This document shows, piece after piece, positions 61,724-64,000 of a stretch of 64,000 nt of DNA. A program made the position numbers and the translations under genes. Positions within the stretch are counted from its first letter, which is position 1, and each line of letters starts with the position of its first letter. A model generated the notes under the pieces. That model was not told the DNA's origin. It worked only from the letters and a program-made list of their open reading frames with translations, and did not search any database. The DNA is from Fistulifera solaris (Eukaryota): NCBI GenBank assembly GCA_030295235.1, contig AP026134.1, positions 930,001-994,000 of the forward strand, written 5' to 3'.

Positions 61724-63283
61724 TCTTCGTGAACGATTGCCGAGCAATGCCACTGCAGGTTTGAATAAGAGCGAACAATATTGCAGATGACGAAAAGAAG
61801 TGGTTGAGGGCGGGTTGCGAATAATTAAGCAATGATCAAACAAGGCAAAGGAATCGCGAGGATGGGTTTCTTCAACGATTCGCTTCTTACACACTCTGAG
61901 AAAGTGCACGAGTTTCGGCTTCGCGAAGCACAAGACGTGCGACAACAAGACAATAAGATAGAAACGAAGATGAGAAACGAGATGATCAAACAACAGACGA
62001 AAATGACGAGGTGGTCACACTGTGCACGAAGAACATGGCACTCTATGATAACATGTACAAATTTCAAACCTTCCGTTTGTTGCGGTACATTCTGCCCCAT
62101 AATAAAACTTGAGACGTGTCATGACAGACTGTCAATTGCCGGACGCCGGACGACGACGAAAACAATCAAGACTACGTTTCTCGTCGTACCAGTACTGGTA
62201 CCAGGTACGTACGTGGTACTGGTAAACGGCAGAGAGCCTCGCCCAAACAAGACTCCACCAAGAGCGCAACGAATCACGAGTCCCGATTGCATCATCGCAA
62301 TAAAGTTCGCGCTTGGGCTTGCGCGACCAAATTGAATCATGGGAAAGGCAGCGAAAGGGAAGCAGACGATGATGGATGGATGTGAAGATATTTGTCGCGC
62401 ATATCGCATGCACGTCGTTAATCGAAGAGAGTATAAACACATCGCAACAATAGCCACAGTTCCTTGCAGTTTCAAAACGACGAAGGATTCGAATTGCCAA
62501 CTGCGGGTTTGCGGTGTGTTCTCCTGCGCAGTGACGGTGGGATGGTTGCACGTCGATCATTTTCCTCAATCGAACGTGATGACAAATAATAGGTCCACGC
62601 GAAGTGATAGTCAAACAAATGCATGTGGAGTTTCAAAGGACGAAAGAATTGCTAAGAAAGATCCGGATTTATGGTGAATGTCTGATATTCTTTCAATGAG
62701 AATTTCAAACACGAACCAAGCGAGAATGCATCACCACAACAACGAGCCAAACGCAGCAAAAGTCGGGTACCCACCTCCTGCTTCTTTAAAATATGAAAAT
62801 GATGCTTGGTTTGATTATGAAAACGCGGCGATTGAAAAATGCCGAAGAAGATGCACCTGAGTGTCAAGGCTTTGATGCCTCGAGAAAAATGGGTAGAAAA
62901 CGTTGTTGCGCGAAAGTGTCAACTGACCATGAAACGTCGAGAAAAATAGCGCGCGAAATTTTTCTCCCTCCGCGTCTGAGCTGTGTGTGAGGTGTCCGAC
63001 AGGGAGTAATTGCGTGTCTGAAGTGACTGCTGTAAAGTGTAGACTACGTAAGCACATGTTTTCGGCGAAAGGTCGCCAAAAGTCAGAACGGGACCCAACA
63101 GACAAAGGCCAAGGCCAAAAAAGCGGCCTCATTCATTCATTTTCACGTTGACACCGCATTGAATGGCAGCATGAGCTTCATCGGGCTTACTGTTGTCGAA
63201 ACCAAACAGACAGTTGCGACCTATATGGTTCTAATACAGCCCATCGTGTATGGAGAACCACAGCCTCAAAATAACAGAATAGA

Positions 63284-64000
63284 ATGTCAGAAACATCAAG
63301 GGGAAATGATGATTCGAAAAAGAAAAAAGCGAGCTGGAAAGATTCACTGGCGGGCGGAGCTGCTGGTGCATTTTCTCGATCGGTGATGGCTCCAGTGGAA
63401 CGCGTAAAATTACTGATGCAGTTACGAGATAGAAATCTTCCCTCTCGAACAGCGTGGCAGACTGCAAAGGAAGTGTATGTAGAACAAGGCTTTCTGTCGT
63501 TTTGGAGAGGGAATTTTCCGAATGTTTGTCGTGTGGCAGGAACGGCTGCCATCAATTTTTCGGCTCTTCAAATTTACAAACCCCTCGTGGCACAACGGCT
63601 ACCGAAATCATGGGACAGACAGCATATTTGGACGGGATTTTTGTCGGGTGGTCTGGCGGGGGCAACATCGACTACTTTACTTTACCCGATGGAGTTTGTG
63701 CGCACGCGTCTGGCGATGGACAAGGGCCGAAATACCGCCGAGCGTCTTTACAAAGGAACTTGGGATGTCATACAAAAAATTGGAAGGACAGATGGCATCG
63801 CTGGCTTCTTTCAGGGTTATGGAATAGCTCTTGCGGGTGGAGTTTTTTACCGAGTGATGTATTTGGGAGGCTACGATGCTTTGAAGAGTGAATTTGTGAT
63901 CCGTGATTATGAACTATCATGGGGAGAACGACTAGTACTAGCACAAAGCGTCAGCTTAACTGCAGGGACTCTAGCCTACCCATTTGATTCTGTCCGGCGA
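63284..64000 (+). CDS. Mitochondrial carrier, ADP/ATP-translocase-like; runs off the window end
   Basis: Manual translation from ATG 63284: LAGGAAGAFSRSVMAPVERVKLLMQ, QGFLSFWRGNFPNVCR, YPMEFVRTRLAMD, YPFDSVRR. Confidence 0.88.
   Translation, partial: MSETSRGNDDSKKKKASWKDSLAGGAAGAFSRSVMAPVERVKLLMQLRDRNLPSRTAWQTAKEVYVEQGFLSFWRGNFPNVCRVAGTAAINFSALQIYKPLVAQRLPKSWDRQHIWTGFLSGGLAGATSTTLLYPMEFVRTRLAMDKGRNTAERLYKGTWDVIQKIGRTDGIAGFFQGYGIALAGGVFYRVMYLGGYDALKSEFVIRDYELSWGERLVLAQSVSLTAGTLAYPFDSVRR

Noticed and set aside
61832..63280. Overlapping 60-167-aa ORFs
   Set aside because: No domain signatures on either strand; more consistent with UTR/promoter DNA between divergent genes.

Overview
Compact eukaryotic chromosome segment, most likely from a pennate diatom (inference). 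The evidence is 50-95 bp GT-AG introns, bipartite plastid-targeting N-termini, a PH-domain DGAT1, DUF6824 repeats and a CoDi-like Ty1/copia element. The window holds about 24 protein-coding genes, one full-length recently inserted copia retrotransposon (10577-17679) and one GH5 pseudogene fragment. Many genes carry apparent single-base frameshifts, often near short homopolymers. The two LTRs appear to differ only by two such indels, so most frameshifts are probably assembly errors. Most notable unexplained structures: (1) a regularly spaced array of a 13-bp palindromic core CCCAGATTTTCTG with variable ~21-nt spacers (27740-28079); (2) a dispersed ~24-bp intergenic hairpin family, one copy of which interrupts that array; (3) an ~295-bp inverted duplication of a gene 3' end flanking a 5.8-kb segment; (4) a bacterial-type beta-glucan hydrolase set (two CBM6-GH5-CBM6 genes, a fragment and a GH55); (5) a kinase-kinase-pseudokinase protein facing a protein built of RHSS repeats; (6) an over-represented non-coding palindrome TACCWGGTA. 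No tRNA, rRNA, cas gene or true CRISPR array was recognised. All calls were made by eye, without database searches.
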